From the NCBI GenBank assembly GCA_029856155.1, contig JAHQWL010000075.1, positions 32,001-96,000 of the forward strand: a stretch of DNA of 64,000 bases. The letters are read 5' to 3'. The first letter of the stretch is position 1; each line of letters begins with the position of its first letter. A program made the position numbers and the translations under genes. Below the pieces are notes generated by a model, which was not told where the DNA came from, ran no database searches, and worked only from the letters and a program-made list of their open reading frames with translations. Positions 1 through 10,324 of this stretch are shown here, piece after piece. The DNA comes from Promethearchaeia archaeon. Its GTDB lineage: Archaea > Asgardarchaeota > Lokiarchaeia > Sigyniarchaeales > SOKP01.

Positions 1-1
1 T

Positions 2-286
2 CCAAGTGTTAGAAGTTTAACCATATACTATCCTATTATCATCATTCCTTCATTACTTACGATCTTCTGGCTCTTTAGATTTGCATATAAAAACAAACGC
101 CTCTCTCAAGTAAACACCTTAATCTTAACAATAGGATTCGGAGCATATTTAATCTCTCAAATTGTCCGCCCCTTAGCACAGTTTATTATAGGAGAATCTG
201 ATGTTTTCGTGATTTTTGCAGAATCAATAGACCTAGTAATTTTCCTAGTCATATTTCTCGGGTTTTACCGGGAATCTAAGTATTAA
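2..286 (+). CDS. 3' end of a multi-pass membrane protein (partial, runs off window start)
   Basis: Open frame 2 from window edge: PSVRSLTIYYPIIIIPSLLTIFWLFRF...IFLVIFLGFYRESKY* (TAA 284-286); hydrophobic segments. Confidence 0.75.
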   Translation, partial: PSVRSLTIYYPIIIIPSLLTIFWLFRFAYKNKRLSQVNTLILTIGFGAYLISQIVRPLAQFIIGESDVFVIFAESIDLVIFLVIFLGFYRESKY

Positions 287-374
287 ACTCTTTTTTTTAA
301 ATTATCATGATAATATATCATATTTCCCAAATTTTACTTCTTTAAATAATTAGAATCAAAAATTAAAATGTATT

Positions 375-1601
375 ATGTTTAAATCAAAAAGACATGAATC
401 AAAATCATATTTGAATTTAAATTATATTACATTTATATTCATCTATTTGGTTTCTTCATCTATTTTTGTTTTTCTTAATAATTATTTCCCTATTCTTTTC
501 TTTGATGTCTTTAATGTTAATCGATTCTTGCTTGCATTAATGCAGTTTCTTGCTTATTCTATTTTGTTATTACGTCCAGCTTTTGCAGCTATAACAGACA
601 AATATAAAATCAAGGGGTATCAACGGAAATATTATATTATTTTATCTGGGTATTTTTTAGGTTTAATTTATATCCTGATGGGGCTAAATATTAATAATAT
701 TTTAATATATGGTGTTTTCTTATTTTTGATTTATATGTTAAGTACAATGTTAGATGTCTCTACCAAATCATTAGTTATTGATATCTCTCCAACTAATGAA
801 ATTAAGAAAAAATATCTTTTCTTTATATGCGTTGGTGAAGCTCTAGGAAAATTCTTTCCCTTTCTACTATTTTTTCTTCTAATCAATAATATATATTCAA
901 TAGCTTCTTGGGAAACTTTGATTATCTGTAGTTTTCTTTTGTTAATACCCTTGTTAAGTATATTGCCATTCATTACTGAAAGAAGTCAAACTAATATTCA
1001 AGTCGTTCAAAATCCTGAAGATTTTAGAAATTCTGAAGATTATTGTTTAGATTTACCAAAAAATGCTAAAAAAATATTCGTATTACTCTGTATATTTGTA
1101 TTTTTTGCATTTAGTGATGTTATTTTCATATATCCATTTTACCCTTTTATATTAAATAAATTTGGACTTAAGAATTTTAACCTTTTTAATTTTTTTTTAA
1201 TTTTTTACTTCCTTATAAGCATAACAAGTAGCGCAATCGGAAGTTTTCTTATAAAAAGAACAAAACCTAAAAAAATTATATTATTATTAATCCCAATTAT
1301 AGGTCTTATTTATTTCTTGATAACAATTGTCCCTTTTACTATTTTTGTAATTTTATATTTTTTAGTATGTTCATTAGGAACAATTACTAACTTGAATATT
1401 TCAGTTTATATAATGAAATTTAAAAATGGAAGTAAATCGGTTTACTTTCACATTATAGCATCGTTTAGAAATCTTTCGACATTCATCTTTCTTCCGTTAG
1501 GAACTTTATTATCAGGATTCATCGCTACAGAATATCTAATCATCATTGGGGCTTTTTTACTGAATATATCACTCATCCCTTTAATATTTATAACGCTTTA
1601 A
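375..1601 (+). CDS. MFS transporter (AmpG/BT1-like)
   Basis: 408 aa, about 12 hydrophobic helices, motif-A-like LLRPAFAAITDKYKIKGYQRKYY, DVSTKSL. Confidence 0.8.
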   Translation: MFKSKRHESKSYLNLNYITFIFIYLVSSSIFVFLNNYFPILFFDVFNVNRFLLALMQFLAYSILLLRPAFAAITDKYKIKGYQRKYYIILSGYFLGLIYILMGLNINNILIYGVFLFLIYMLSTMLDVSTKSLVIDISPTNEIKKKYLFFICVGEALGKFFPFLLFFLLINNIYSIASWETLIICSFLLLIPLLSILPFITERSQTNIQVVQNPEDFRNSEDYCLDLPKNAKKIFVLLCIFVFFAFSDVIFIYPFYPFILNKFGLKNFNLFNFFLIFYFLISITSSAIGSFLIKRTKPKKIILLLIPIIGLIYFLITIVPFTIFVILYFLVCSLGTITNLNISVYIMKFKNGSKSVYFHIIASFRNLSTFIFLPLGTLLSGFIATEYLIIIGAFLLNISLIPLIFITL

Positions 1602-1646
1602 TACCAAAATCAAGTTAAATATCAATGATATCTGTAGAATATCCAA

Positions 1647-1686
1647 TAAAGAAAAGAAAAAATAGAAGAATCTTAAAAAGATTCTT
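1647..1686 (-). terminator. hairpin plus U-tract terminator for a minus-strand transcript
   Basis: Perfect 9-bp inverted repeat AAGAATCTT(1666-1674)-AAA-AAGATTCTT(1678-1686), followed on the minus strand by TTTTTTCTTTTCTTT; starts 2 nt after the micro-ORF stop. Confidence 0.5.
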
Positions 1687-1688
1687 AT

Positions 1689-1718
1689 CTAGCCTCCTCC
1701 TTCTCCAGTAGATGGCAT
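1689..1718 (-). CDS. putative micro-peptide MPSTGEGGG
   Basis: ATG...TAG in a GC-rich patch within AT-rich spacer; TTTATAAA box 22-29 nt upstream; terminator downstream; C-terminus resembles the peptide at 16964-17077. Confidence 0.4.
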   Translation of the reverse strand: MPSTGEGGG

Positions 1719-1835
1719 ACCTTTATTTCTAAATGCAATTTTATAAAGTAAACGAAAAAAAAATAATGCAAATAAAGATTATATAAAATTATAAAATATC
1801 TTAATAATAGTGTAAAAAAAACTGTATTATCTAAT

Positions 1836-4800
1836 ATGCTTGGACTTTTTAATTATAAAACTTTAGAGGAGTTATCCATAGGAAAGGGTTTGAGTCGAAT
1901 ACAAAATGTATTTAACACTTTTATTCATGAATTAGAGGATAATCTTAAGATACAACCCATTTACCCAAATATTTTAATAAAAATTATTGACAAAGAAAGT
2001 TTACCAATAGGAAAAAACATATCTATTCTTGATTTTGGGGTTAATAGAATAATTAAAAATACTAAATTAATTATAGAAGTTCCCAAAAATAAATTTTTAC
2101 CATTCATATTGTTTAGAGAAGCATGTTATTCCTTCCTTCCAAATGGTATAAGTCAACTCGTTAAAATTTGTATAAATCAAATTGTAGAAAACAATCTCAT
2201 CGGAGTATCGACTTCTAAAGAATGGAAAAAGTTTATAAGAGATTCCCTAGTAAACAGGGATTTCATTTACTCTCAATTTGATAAATTAAAAAAGTTTTTT
2301 AAAATTGAAGCAGAAGAGCCGTTTGAGAGTTCTACTCAGTTTTTTTTTAAGGAAATGAGAGAAAACATCGAATTGAGCAAAAATAATAACCTCAATAGGT
2401 TCTATGATATAATTTTTGAAAACTATGCTTATAAAACATCAAGATCTATATTTAACTCAGATATTATTAAAACACTGAGGATCCTAATTCAAATTTTCTA
2501 CGAGACTAAAACATATCTAAATTTAACAGATTATCAAACCAAATTTAAAGAGTTTAAAGAAAAAAAGAATTTAGAATTAGAGATAAGTTTGAGAAAATTT
2601 ACAGAAAATATGCAATGGATTAATAAGTGTTCTTCCATTTCGCCTTCATATGAAATCTCCTTTGATAGTATTGACCTTCATCTAATTATAGGTATCATAA
2701 AATTCAATCCCCTTTTAGAAAGAATAAAAATCAAGACTGTTATGGAACAATGGCTATTTTATCATTCTCCAAAATTATGTGAAAATAGTTTTACAACTGA
2801 ACTCTTTTTATTTTTTATTGTTCCCAGACTATATTTAAAAGATCTGTTAAATTATTTTGATAGCTTAAAAGATTCTGGATTTGTTCTTTACAATAAGTTT
2901 TATCAAGTTTCAAGTAAAACATCGCTAATAAACTTAAACTATTTTATGAACGTCTCTAACGTAATTAAGATAATAGAACCATCAAGTATTAAGTATAGGA
3001 GTAATTATGAAATTGAAACTGTCACTGAATATCCCCCTATCCCCCATCAATCCCCCTTGTCCCTATTTGATTTTACCCTTTTAGATCGTATAAAATATGT
3101 TTCAGTCACGGGTTTAACTTTTGATAAAAGAATAGAAACATTAAATGCAATAAAAGATGATATCAAAAATGAGTTACGAAAACAGAAAACATTTAATAGC
3201 CAGTTTAAGGACAATTTAAGTAAACTTAATAAATATAAACACCAATTTTTGCAGTTATTAGAAGAGAATGAGAAACAAGGATTTTTATACTTTTATTCTC
3301 AACTAAACAATATTCTAAATTACATTGATCTAATTGATGGTGTTTTAAATGAGCATTCAGAGATATTAAATATATATCAGCTCAAGACTTTCATAGATGA
3401 AAAAGCAACCTTTCAAATCATCGATGACCAATTAATTTTACAAAATGAAAATATTAATAAAATAGTATTTCATCATTTTCTTCCTCTTTATTTTCAATCT
3501 AAAAGCTCATTTAGAGAAGAAGTAGAAAAATACCAAAATTACTATGACATCTTAAATACCTGTAAAAATCTTAAAATTTTAGATCTGAGGAAAATAAAGA
3601 AAATTGTTAGTGAATCTAAGTTAGCTGATAAAATTTATGAAACAAGAGAAAAAATATACAAGGAATTATTTAAGACTGTAAGTTCATATAAAATTACAAA
3701 TGAGAAAATTGAATCTACTATCAGAACATTTTTAAATCATGATCCTCCGGTGTTGAATCCACTTCTAATAAATACAATTTTCACAAGTACATTTGCGAAA
3801 TATTATCCTGAATTAATACTAAAATATACACCTGAAGTTTATAATCAACTTCAAAAATTGAAACCATATTTTCCAAGAATTTTTATATATAAAATGATAG
3901 AGCTTAAAACAAACAAAAATTTCATTAATATTTCAATCTATTTTCTGAATATCAAAGAAAAAAAACTATTCTTATCGGTCTTATATTCTTATTTTAATGA
4001 CTATATAATTACAATTAAACGTTTTTTTTGGAGAGGTTTTGTAAGAATCCCTGAACTATTGGCAAGAGATTTTTACGATTTTAAATCTAAGCAATTCTTC
4101 TATTCAGAAGATATTTTCAGCCAACTTCAAAAATTTTCTGAAAAAATTCTTGGTGAAAAATTGGTATATCCTGATTATTCAATGATAAAAAATATAAACG
4201 AATTATTCTGGACCAGAAAGCAAAATATGGATAGTTTGGTAAATGTTGTAAAAGAAAGAATCTCACGTCAAAAAATAGACTTCAACTCAAAAGAATTAAA
4301 GGATTTATCAGATTTTACAAAAAATATCGAAACCTTTATATTAAACAGAACTAAATTTATAGATCTAAAAATCAAACAATTCTTCAATACATATATAAAA
4401 TCAATAAATTTTCTTCCAGCATTTCAAAAATTTGGCTTTTCACAGTACTATTTATATTTTCGGCCATTTTTTTATAAATCTCCGACTTTCGAAATTGATT
4501 TCAGAATTTTATTTGCAAATTCCTTCCAAAAAATTAAATATCCAGCTGTTATTGAACAAAATCCAGCAATCTATGGCAAGTATATATTTCCATTAAGAAC
4601 TCCTAATAAATCTTATTTGAACTGGCTTGTAAAATCAAAAAAGATTGTTTCTGAGTATTGTCTTTTTTATAACAAGAAATTTTATGAGATTGTTCATTTT
4701 AATCGCAATTTAACAAATGAAAATTGGAGTTATTCATCACTTAGGTTTAAAACTTACATGCAAGATGTATTATTCAATCCCTACTACGAACCAAAGATTT

Positions 4801-5462
4801 CAGGTATTAGAGAATTCGATATTTGTGAAATTTCCGAAACCGAGATCTATGGATATTATACAAAGGAATTCGAAGATTTATCTAATATTTATAATACTCA
4901 ATCTATTGATATTAAATCATTCTTAGGAACAAAACAATATTCCAAGATTAACACAATTATTGAACTCATCAAGAAGAAATTAATTTTCCCTTATATATCA
5001 CTAAAAAATTTAGATTTTCAAGATAAAGTATCAATTATTTTGCCTGATACTAAACAAGAGTTTAATGAAAAGATAATGAAGGTATTTAGTTTTTTTAATA
5101 TGTGTCGAATATATGAAATTGAGGGAGAATTTTTTATATATGGTTTTGAGGAGGAAAAAACTTTTGAAAATGGATTATTAATTGAAATCTGGTTTCCAAA
5201 ATGTGAATTAGATGAATTTTTTAATGTATTTGATTTAATATTTCAATATTTCGAAATTAAACATTATTTAATCTTGACAGACTTAATTAATGGGAAGACC
5301 TTATTAAAGTCCATTTATGGAAACTTAAATTTTTTAAAAGATTATAATCCCTTATTGAACCTAAAATGGAATGATAAAGATAAGATATGGATGAATCATA
5401 AGCTTTTTAATGAAAAGTTCGAACCAATTTACCCAGATTTGATTAAAAAGGAAAATGAATAA
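1836..5462 (+). CDS. 1208-aa hypothetical protein with repeated Lrp/AsnC-like wHTH+RAM modules; paralogue of 13023-16688
   Basis: Long ORF; Lrp-like linkers (ISPSYEISFDSIDL, LPAFQKFGFSQYYL, LIFPYISLKNLDF); colinear similarity to the second copy (YEIEGE, YLILTDL.NG, YNPL.NL.WN....WMNHKLF). Confidence 0.75.
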   Translation: MLGLFNYKTLEELSIGKGLSRIQNVFNTFIHELEDNLKIQPIYPNILIKIIDKESLPIGKNISILDFGVNRIIKNTKLIIEVPKNKFLPFILFREACYSFLPNGISQLVKICINQIVENNLIGVSTSKEWKKFIRDSLVNRDFIYSQFDKLKKFFKIEAEEPFESSTQFFFKEMRENIELSKNNNLNRFYDIIFENYAYKTSRSIFNSDIIKTLRILIQIFYETKTYLNLTDYQTKFKEFKEKKNLELEISLRKFTENMQWINKCSSISPSYEISFDSIDLHLIIGIIKFNPLLERIKIKTVMEQWLFYHSPKLCENSFTTELFLFFIVPRLYLKDLLNYFDSLKDSGFVLYNKFYQVSSKTSLINLNYFMNVSNVIKIIEPSSIKYRSNYEIETVTEYPPIPHQSPLSLFDFTLLDRIKYVSVTGLTFDKRIETLNAIKDDIKNELRKQKTFNSQFKDNLSKLNKYKHQFLQLLEENEKQGFLYFYSQLNNILNYIDLIDGVLNEHSEILNIYQLKTFIDEKATFQIIDDQLILQNENINKIVFHHFLPLYFQSKSSFREEVEKYQNYYDILNTCKNLKILDLRKIKKIVSESKLADKIYETREKIYKELFKTVSSYKITNEKIESTIRTFLNHDPPVLNPLLINTIFTSTFAKYYPELILKYTPEVYNQLQKLKPYFPRIFIYKMIELKTNKNFINISIYFLNIKEKKLFLSVLYSYFNDYIITIKRFFWRGFVRIPELLARDFYDFKSKQFFYSEDIFSQLQKFSEKILGEKLVYPDYSMIKNINELFWTRKQNMDSLVNVVKERISRQKIDFNSKELKDLSDFTKNIETFILNRTKFIDLKIKQFFNTYIKSINFLPAFQKFGFSQYYLYFRPFFYKSPTFEIDFRILFANSFQKIKYPAVIEQNPAIYGKYIFPLRTPNKSYLNWLVKSKKIVSEYCLFYNKKFYEIVHFNRNLTNENWSYSSLRFKTYMQDVLFNPYYEPKISGIREFDICEISETEIYGYYTKEFEDLSNIYNTQSIDIKSFLGTKQYSKINTIIELIKKKLIFPYISLKNLDFQDKVSIILPDTKQEFNEKIMKVFSFFNMCRIYEIEGEFFIYGFEEEKTFENGLLIEIWFPKCELDEFFNVFDLIFQYFEIKHYLILTDLINGKTLLKSIYGNLNFLKDYNPLLNLKWNDKDKIWMNHKLFNEKFEPIYPDLIKKENE

Positions 5463-5592
5463 GCTTAGAACTTTTAGATTAAACTAAAAGCTAATGTTAA
5501 TTCTTAATTAAAAAGTGTTAAATAATTATAATAAAATTTAAACGTTATTTTGGATATTTTAATAAGTATAAGACATTAAATAGGTAGAAAAA

Positions 5593-5667
5593 GGACCTAT
5601 AGCCTAGCCTGGATAGGGCGTCGGACTTCTAATCCGAAAGTCGCAGGTTCGAATCCTGCTAGGTCCG
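5593..5667 (+). tRNA. tRNA-Arg(UCU), intronless
   Basis: Acceptor GGACCTA/TAGGTCC, anticodon arm TCGGA-CTTCTAA-TCCGA, T arm GCAGG-TTCGAAT-CCTGC; CCA not encoded. Confidence 0.97.
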
Positions 5668-5670
5668 CTC

Positions 5671-6828
5671 TTAATTTGAAGCTTTAATTTTTAAGTCAGC
5701 AACAATCAATTCAGATTTGGGCGAATAATGCTTAACGATTTTAGAATTAATGATAGACTCAATTTCCCAATAATGACGAGTTATTTCTTCCTCAAGGTTC
5801 TTTAAAGATTTATCAATAGGATTTGGTTTTTCAGAGAATTGATAAAAGTGTAAAATCCCACCAGATTCTTTCATTAAATAGCAAGCTACATCAATAAATT
5901 CGATTGAGCTTTCAGGTAAATTCATGATTATCCTATTTGCTTTATTCCTCAGAAGTTGGCCTAAATGGTTTTTAGGCTCAAGAAGTTCTTTAATATCTAT
6001 ATTTTTTGGAAAAATTTCTCCCTTTAGCTTATTTAAATAAATATTTTCTTTCAGATATTCATAAGCATTGGAGTTAATATCAAACGCATAAATTTTGACA
6101 TTTTTATTTTTCGCAATTTGAATAGAGAAAGTTCCAATGCCAGCAAACATATCAACGATTATCTCGTCTTCTTGTATCCTAGTTGAAGCAATCCTTCGTC
6201 GTTCAAAGACTAATCTTGGTGAGAAGTATGTATTCTTAACATCAAGCTTAAAAATACAATCATTTTCCCTATGAATTGTCTCAGATTTTTCTTCACCGTA
6301 CAAAACATCTAATTCTCGTAAACGATATTTTCCTTTGATTTGACTCTTTTTCTCATAAACGGTTTTTACATTTTTATTTACGTTTGATATCCCCTTAGCA
6401 ACCATCTGCTTATAAACGCTGAAATCCTTATCATCAATATTAATAAATTTATCAAACTCGATTATAGCTATACTTCCAACAATATCATATGATTTTGGAA
6501 TTACTTCTGAATACCTATCCGGTATTTTACCTTCTAATGCTTCCTGAAGTGTTCTATATTTAAAATTTTCTTTGGGTATTCCTTCTTTGGAAATTAATTC
6601 AAAATTAATTTTTTTATCTACTGATGAAGTTACTCTATCGATTAGAGTTTGGTCTTTAACTATTGGAAATAGTATATTTTCATTCTCATATAAAATTTTA
6701 AATCTTTGATTAATAAGTTGGGTATTTTTTAACTTATTTTTTAAAAAATTAATGAATGCTTGTCCATCTTTCGCTTTAAATTTAATGTATAAGATCTCAG
6801 TTTGGTTATAATTTCCCATTTTTCTCAT
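5671..6828 (-). CDS. trm5: tRNA (guanine37-N1)-methyltransferase, Trm5/Met-10 family
   Basis: PKSYDIVGSIAI, YFSPRL..ERRRI, VDMFAGIGTFSI, RIIMNLP motifs. Confidence 0.9.
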   Translation of the reverse strand: MRKMGNYNQTEILYIKFKAKDGQAFINFLKNKLKNTQLINQRFKILYENENILFPIVKDQTLIDRVTSSVDKKINFELISKEGIPKENFKYRTLQEALEGKIPDRYSEVIPKSYDIVGSIAIIEFDKFINIDDKDFSVYKQMVAKGISNVNKNVKTVYEKKSQIKGKYRLRELDVLYGEEKSETIHRENDCIFKLDVKNTYFSPRLVFERRRIASTRIQEDEIIVDMFAGIGTFSIQIAKNKNVKIYAFDINSNAYEYLKENIYLNKLKGEIFPKNIDIKELLEPKNHLGQLLRNKANRIIMNLPESSIEFIDVACYLMKESGGILHFYQFSEKPNPIDKSLKNLEEEITRHYWEIESIINSKIVKHYSPKSELIVADLKIKASN

Positions 6829-7243
6829 TTATTTCAAATATGATTGAAAATTTTTTTCCAGAAATTTTTAGATTTTCGATTAGTTCACGGTTTATTTCAA
6901 TCGATGATTTAGTACAATTTATTAGAACCGTTCTATCACAAATAAAATCGCTTTTGCGAAAAACCATATCTTTTTTATCCACTAATCTTAATTCTTTATT
7001 TCCAAAACCATAAAAGCAATCTTGAAGATTTTCCAACCTTAAAATGATTTTTATTTTACTTCCATCTTTTATTTCCTTTTTTAAACAGGGATTTAAATCA
7101 CAACAAGCTTTTGAAGCATTTATTCCTATGATACAATTTCCTTTCTTTGTTAAACTCTTTTCTTTTGTAATTTCAATAGTTGTACTATGCGTACAGAGAA
7201 TATTTTCGTGTCCATAGGCAAAAATCTTTTCTAAAATCGCCAT
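6806..7243 (-). CDS. DUF371 domain protein
   Basis: GHENILCTHSTTIEITKEKSLTKKGNCIIG, MVFRKSDFICDRT signatures. Confidence 0.9.
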   Translation of the reverse strand: MAILEKIFAYGHENILCTHSTTIEITKEKSLTKKGNCIIGINASKACCDLNPCLKKEIKDGSKIKIILRLENLQDCFYGFGNKELRLVDKKDMVFRKSDFICDRTVLINCTKSSIEINRELIENLKISGKKFSIIFEINEKNGKL

Positions 7244-7248
7244 ATACT

Positions 7249-8895
7249 TTATTCATCCCTAAAGAATTGTAATAAATCGTTTAAATTAGTAAATTTAGAA
7301 TAGTTTGAATGAAATTTAGAATTTAAAAGAGGTTCTAATCCATGAATTGGATTAACAGGGTTAAATTTTTCAACTTCATTAAATTGATTTAAATAGCTCT
7401 CGGGAATTAATACTCCACATTTATGATACTTATTATAATTTTGATTAATATAAGCGCTTGACTTCTTAACTGAGTTCTTATAAAGTTCATCATCCTCTTC
7501 GGAGACCGTTATAGATTCAAATTGTCCCATCGGATATGTACTTATTAATTCAAGTGGAATTATTCCAAAATAGAAAGAATTAAACACAATATGTATGTCT
7601 TTAACAGCGATTATTGTATTATCATTTATCTCTTTAAGCCAATTTTGGATTGTTGGAGAATTTTCTCCTCTAGCATCTAATTCTGGTAATATTATTAAAA
7701 ACTTTACATCTTCTGGAACCCGATAGTTGATATTAATCCTCTTCTCATATCTGGTAATCAAAGGTCTGTAAATATCTTCAGTAGAAACAAACATTCTCCC
7801 ATGCTTCTTATACACTTTTTCATAGAGTTCAAACACAGGAGATTTTTTCTTTAAGATCCGTACTGCTTTGATTAAATTAGGGTGTGCTCTTACACGTTGA
7901 TCAACAAGTTCCCACAAATTCCCCTCTCTTATTGCTTGTCTAATTGTTTTTAGCTCAGAAAAAGAAAGATACAAGTTATGTTCTGCTAAGAGTTTAATTC
8001 GCAAATTATCTTCGAATTTCCTCAGTTCATTTGGTTTAAATTTTGTACAAATTGGGCAATGGCATGGAAATTCTTCTAAATCCTCAAGATTTTTTGTACC
8101 TGTGGATAAGGTAAAATACCTATTCTCTTTAGCATATAAGATATATGCTGCAGAATCCATTAAATCGCAACCACATGCGACAGCTAAGGAAAAAAACTGT
8201 GGTAGACCTAACCCAAACATGTGTAATGGTTTATTTGAGTTTATATTTTTTTTCACATTCAACAAAATTTGAATAGCTCTATCAAATCTGTAATCAAGAA
8301 AAGATTTTACCAATCCCCCAATCGCATAAACATCAAAATCCAGTTTATTCATTTCATTAATACATTTTGTCAAAAGATCATCATATTTACCTCCATGAAT
8401 CGGCCCAAACCATGCACAATTTTCATTGAATCGTCTTTTAACGTTATCTCTTGCTCTATCGATTGTTGCATCAACTTTTTTTTTTGCTATTTCATATGCA
8501 TCATCAGGTTGTACAGGAAGATCAAGGATCACAGGAAAATCTGATTCAATCTTTTCTTGAAATCCTTCAATTTCTTCAGCTTCAATCTTCATATCAGACT
8601 TGTTATACATATACTGTTGAAATGCTCCGCTATCGGTTGCGATAAGACCATCAAAATCAAGAAATTGGTGAATCTTTTTCTTCATGAGGCTTTCTTTTAT
8701 AGTTTCATTTTGAAAAAGGATATAAGCATTCGTAAAAACAGCTTGAGCACCAAAGCTTTTTAAATCAGAAGGTTGAATAACATTTTTAAAAGGATGTACT
8801 ACAGGAAAAAGATTAGGGGTAATCATCTGCTTATTGTTGACTTCTAATTTTCCTATTCTGCCTAAAGCATCTACATCTAGAATTTCATACTTCAT
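7249..8895 (-). CDS. tgtA: archaeosine tRNA-guanine(15) transglycosylase
   Basis: TPNLFPVV, TDSGAFQ, HMFGLG, DSAAY, Zn site CHCPIC...HNL. Confidence 0.93.
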   Translation of the reverse strand: MKYEILDVDALGRIGKLEVNNKQMITPNLFPVVHPFKNVIQPSDLKSFGAQAVFTNAYILFQNETIKESLMKKKIHQFLDFDGLIATDSGAFQQYMYNKSDMKIEAEEIEGFQEKIESDFPVILDLPVQPDDAYEIAKKKVDATIDRARDNVKRRFNENCAWFGPIHGGKYDDLLTKCINEMNKLDFDVYAIGGLVKSFLDYRFDRAIQILLNVKKNINSNKPLHMFGLGLPQFFSLAVACGCDLMDSAAYILYAKENRYFTLSTGTKNLEDLEEFPCHCPICTKFKPNELRKFEDNLRIKLLAEHNLYLSFSELKTIRQAIREGNLWELVDQRVRAHPNLIKAVRILKKKSPVFELYEKVYKKHGRMFVSTEDIYRPLITRYEKRININYRVPEDVKFLIILPELDARGENSPTIQNWLKEINDNTIIAVKDIHIVFNSFYFGIIPLELISTYPMGQFESITVSEEDDELYKNSVKKSSAYINQNYNKYHKCGVLIPESYLNQFNEVEKFNPVNPIHGLEPLLNSKFHSNYSKFTNLNDLLQFFRDE

Positions 8896-8922
8896 TTGGT
8901 TTCCTTTGAGAATTTACGTTTA

Positions 8923-9516
8923 TTAATCAAAAAATTCATTTAAACGATCCTCTTTAAATAACTTTTCAAGCCAATCAACTTTTCCAATCTTAAAATTTTC
9001 TCCGTTATTATTTTCAAATATAATTTCAACGATAATTTGCGCTACAGCTTCAATATTAGTATTTGTCGTGTCGATTTCATATATGGGTGCTTTTATCCGC
9101 TTTTGAATAAAATAATTGGCACAATTACCTAGAATTTCTGCTTGAATGTTTTCATTAATTTTTTCTCTATCGAAATTTTTTATTTCTAATCTTCTGAATA
9201 ATTCATCCGGATCACATCTTAAAATAAATACATAATCAATAAATCTTTCGGGAATAATATCTGAGAAATGGCTTTCTATTATCAGGTATGGTGGATTCTC
9301 TTGTTTAATATCTTCAATCTTATCTAAAATATAAGGTAGAAATATTTCAAAATCTACGATATATGTTTTTCTTTCTTCATCATATTCAAATGAAAATTCA
9401 TCCGAAATTGCTAATTCATTTAAAGACATTATTTTAGCTTTAATTAAATTAGAAATTTCTTTTGCTACCGAAGTTTTTCCGCAGCCAGGTGTTCCGGAGA
9501 TAACGATATTTTTCAT
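8923..9516 (-). CDS. adenylate kinase, AK6/Fap7 family
   Basis: ISGTPGCGKT, IIESH, ILRCDP..L..RL, ENIQAEI. Confidence 0.9.
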   Translation of the reverse strand: MKNIVISGTPGCGKTSVAKEISNLIKAKIMSLNELAISDEFSFEYDEERKTYIVDFEIFLPYILDKIEDIKQENPPYLIIESHFSDIIPERFIDYVFILRCDPDELFRRLEIKNFDREKINENIQAEILGNCANYFIQKRIKAPIYEIDTTNTNIEAVAQIIVEIIFENNNGENFKIGKVDWLEKLFKEDRLNEFFD

Positions 9517-9874
9517 TTCTAAGTATATAATAGAGATCGATAATTAAAAAAGTGAATGAACATAATTGAAGTTAATTCATAGTAAGAGTTTTCAGGAAGA
9601 ATTTTTCTTGATAATATCAAAGAATCCTCTAAGATGTAAAAATACATAATAAAAGAGTGATTTAAATTATGATGATAGTATCATTCAATACAATCCATTG
9701 GGTGCTTAATAACATAATTACAATACAAACTTGGTTTCTTATTAAAGAATATTATTACTCATGAGGAGAAAGTACTATTTGATGAATCGATGCGATTACA
9801 GTTAAGTAAGCGCAGAATGGACAAAAATAAAGATCTTGAATTTGAAATTCTAACTTACCTTTTTTTACTATTTA

Positions 9875-10324
9875 CTAATGTTCAAGGAAATCTCTGAAAC
9901 TATGATATACACAGACAATATATTCACATTTGGGGCATTCGTACCAATCTTTATATCTCTCATTTGATTTTATTAGTAATGGGATTTGACAAGAGGGACA
10001 TTTTATAGGTTGTTCTTTATGATTTATTATATGCTTTTTATAATCCTCTTCTAGCTCACATTCAAGATCTTCTTTTAATATATATGAATCTGTTTTTGCT
10101 ATAAAATCTAATATTTCTTGGTTCGGATACCATTCATTATGATGTCTGTATTTTCTAAATCTTTTATGTAAATCATATTCTCCTCTACTATTGCCTTCAA
10201 TAATCTTTAGTATTCTCAATTTGTCTGCATTGAAGCTCTTTAAAATACTACATCTATCTTTTGGATTAGTAGAAAAACCAATCTTTATCAATCCTGTTTT
10301 TTTAGCTTGAATAAAATACAACAT
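9875..10324 (-). CDS. GIY-YIG (T5orf172/MUG113-like) nuclease domain with C-terminal Zn ribbon
   Basis: LYFIQ....IKIGFSTNPKDR...E..LHKRF...NEWY; CPSC...CPKC. Confidence 0.8.
   Translation of the reverse strand: MLYFIQAKKTGLIKIGFSTNPKDRCSILKSFNADKLRILKIIEGNSRGEYDLHKRFRKYRHHNEWYPNQEILDFIAKTDSYILKEDLECELEEDYKKHIINHKEQPIKCPSCQIPLLIKSNERYKDWYECPKCEYIVCVYHSFRDFLEH

Noticed and set aside
9669-9790. Second C/D sRNA starting at ATGATGA 9669
   Set aside because: No CTGA box D at a suitable distance and no terminal stem; looks more like decayed coding sequence.
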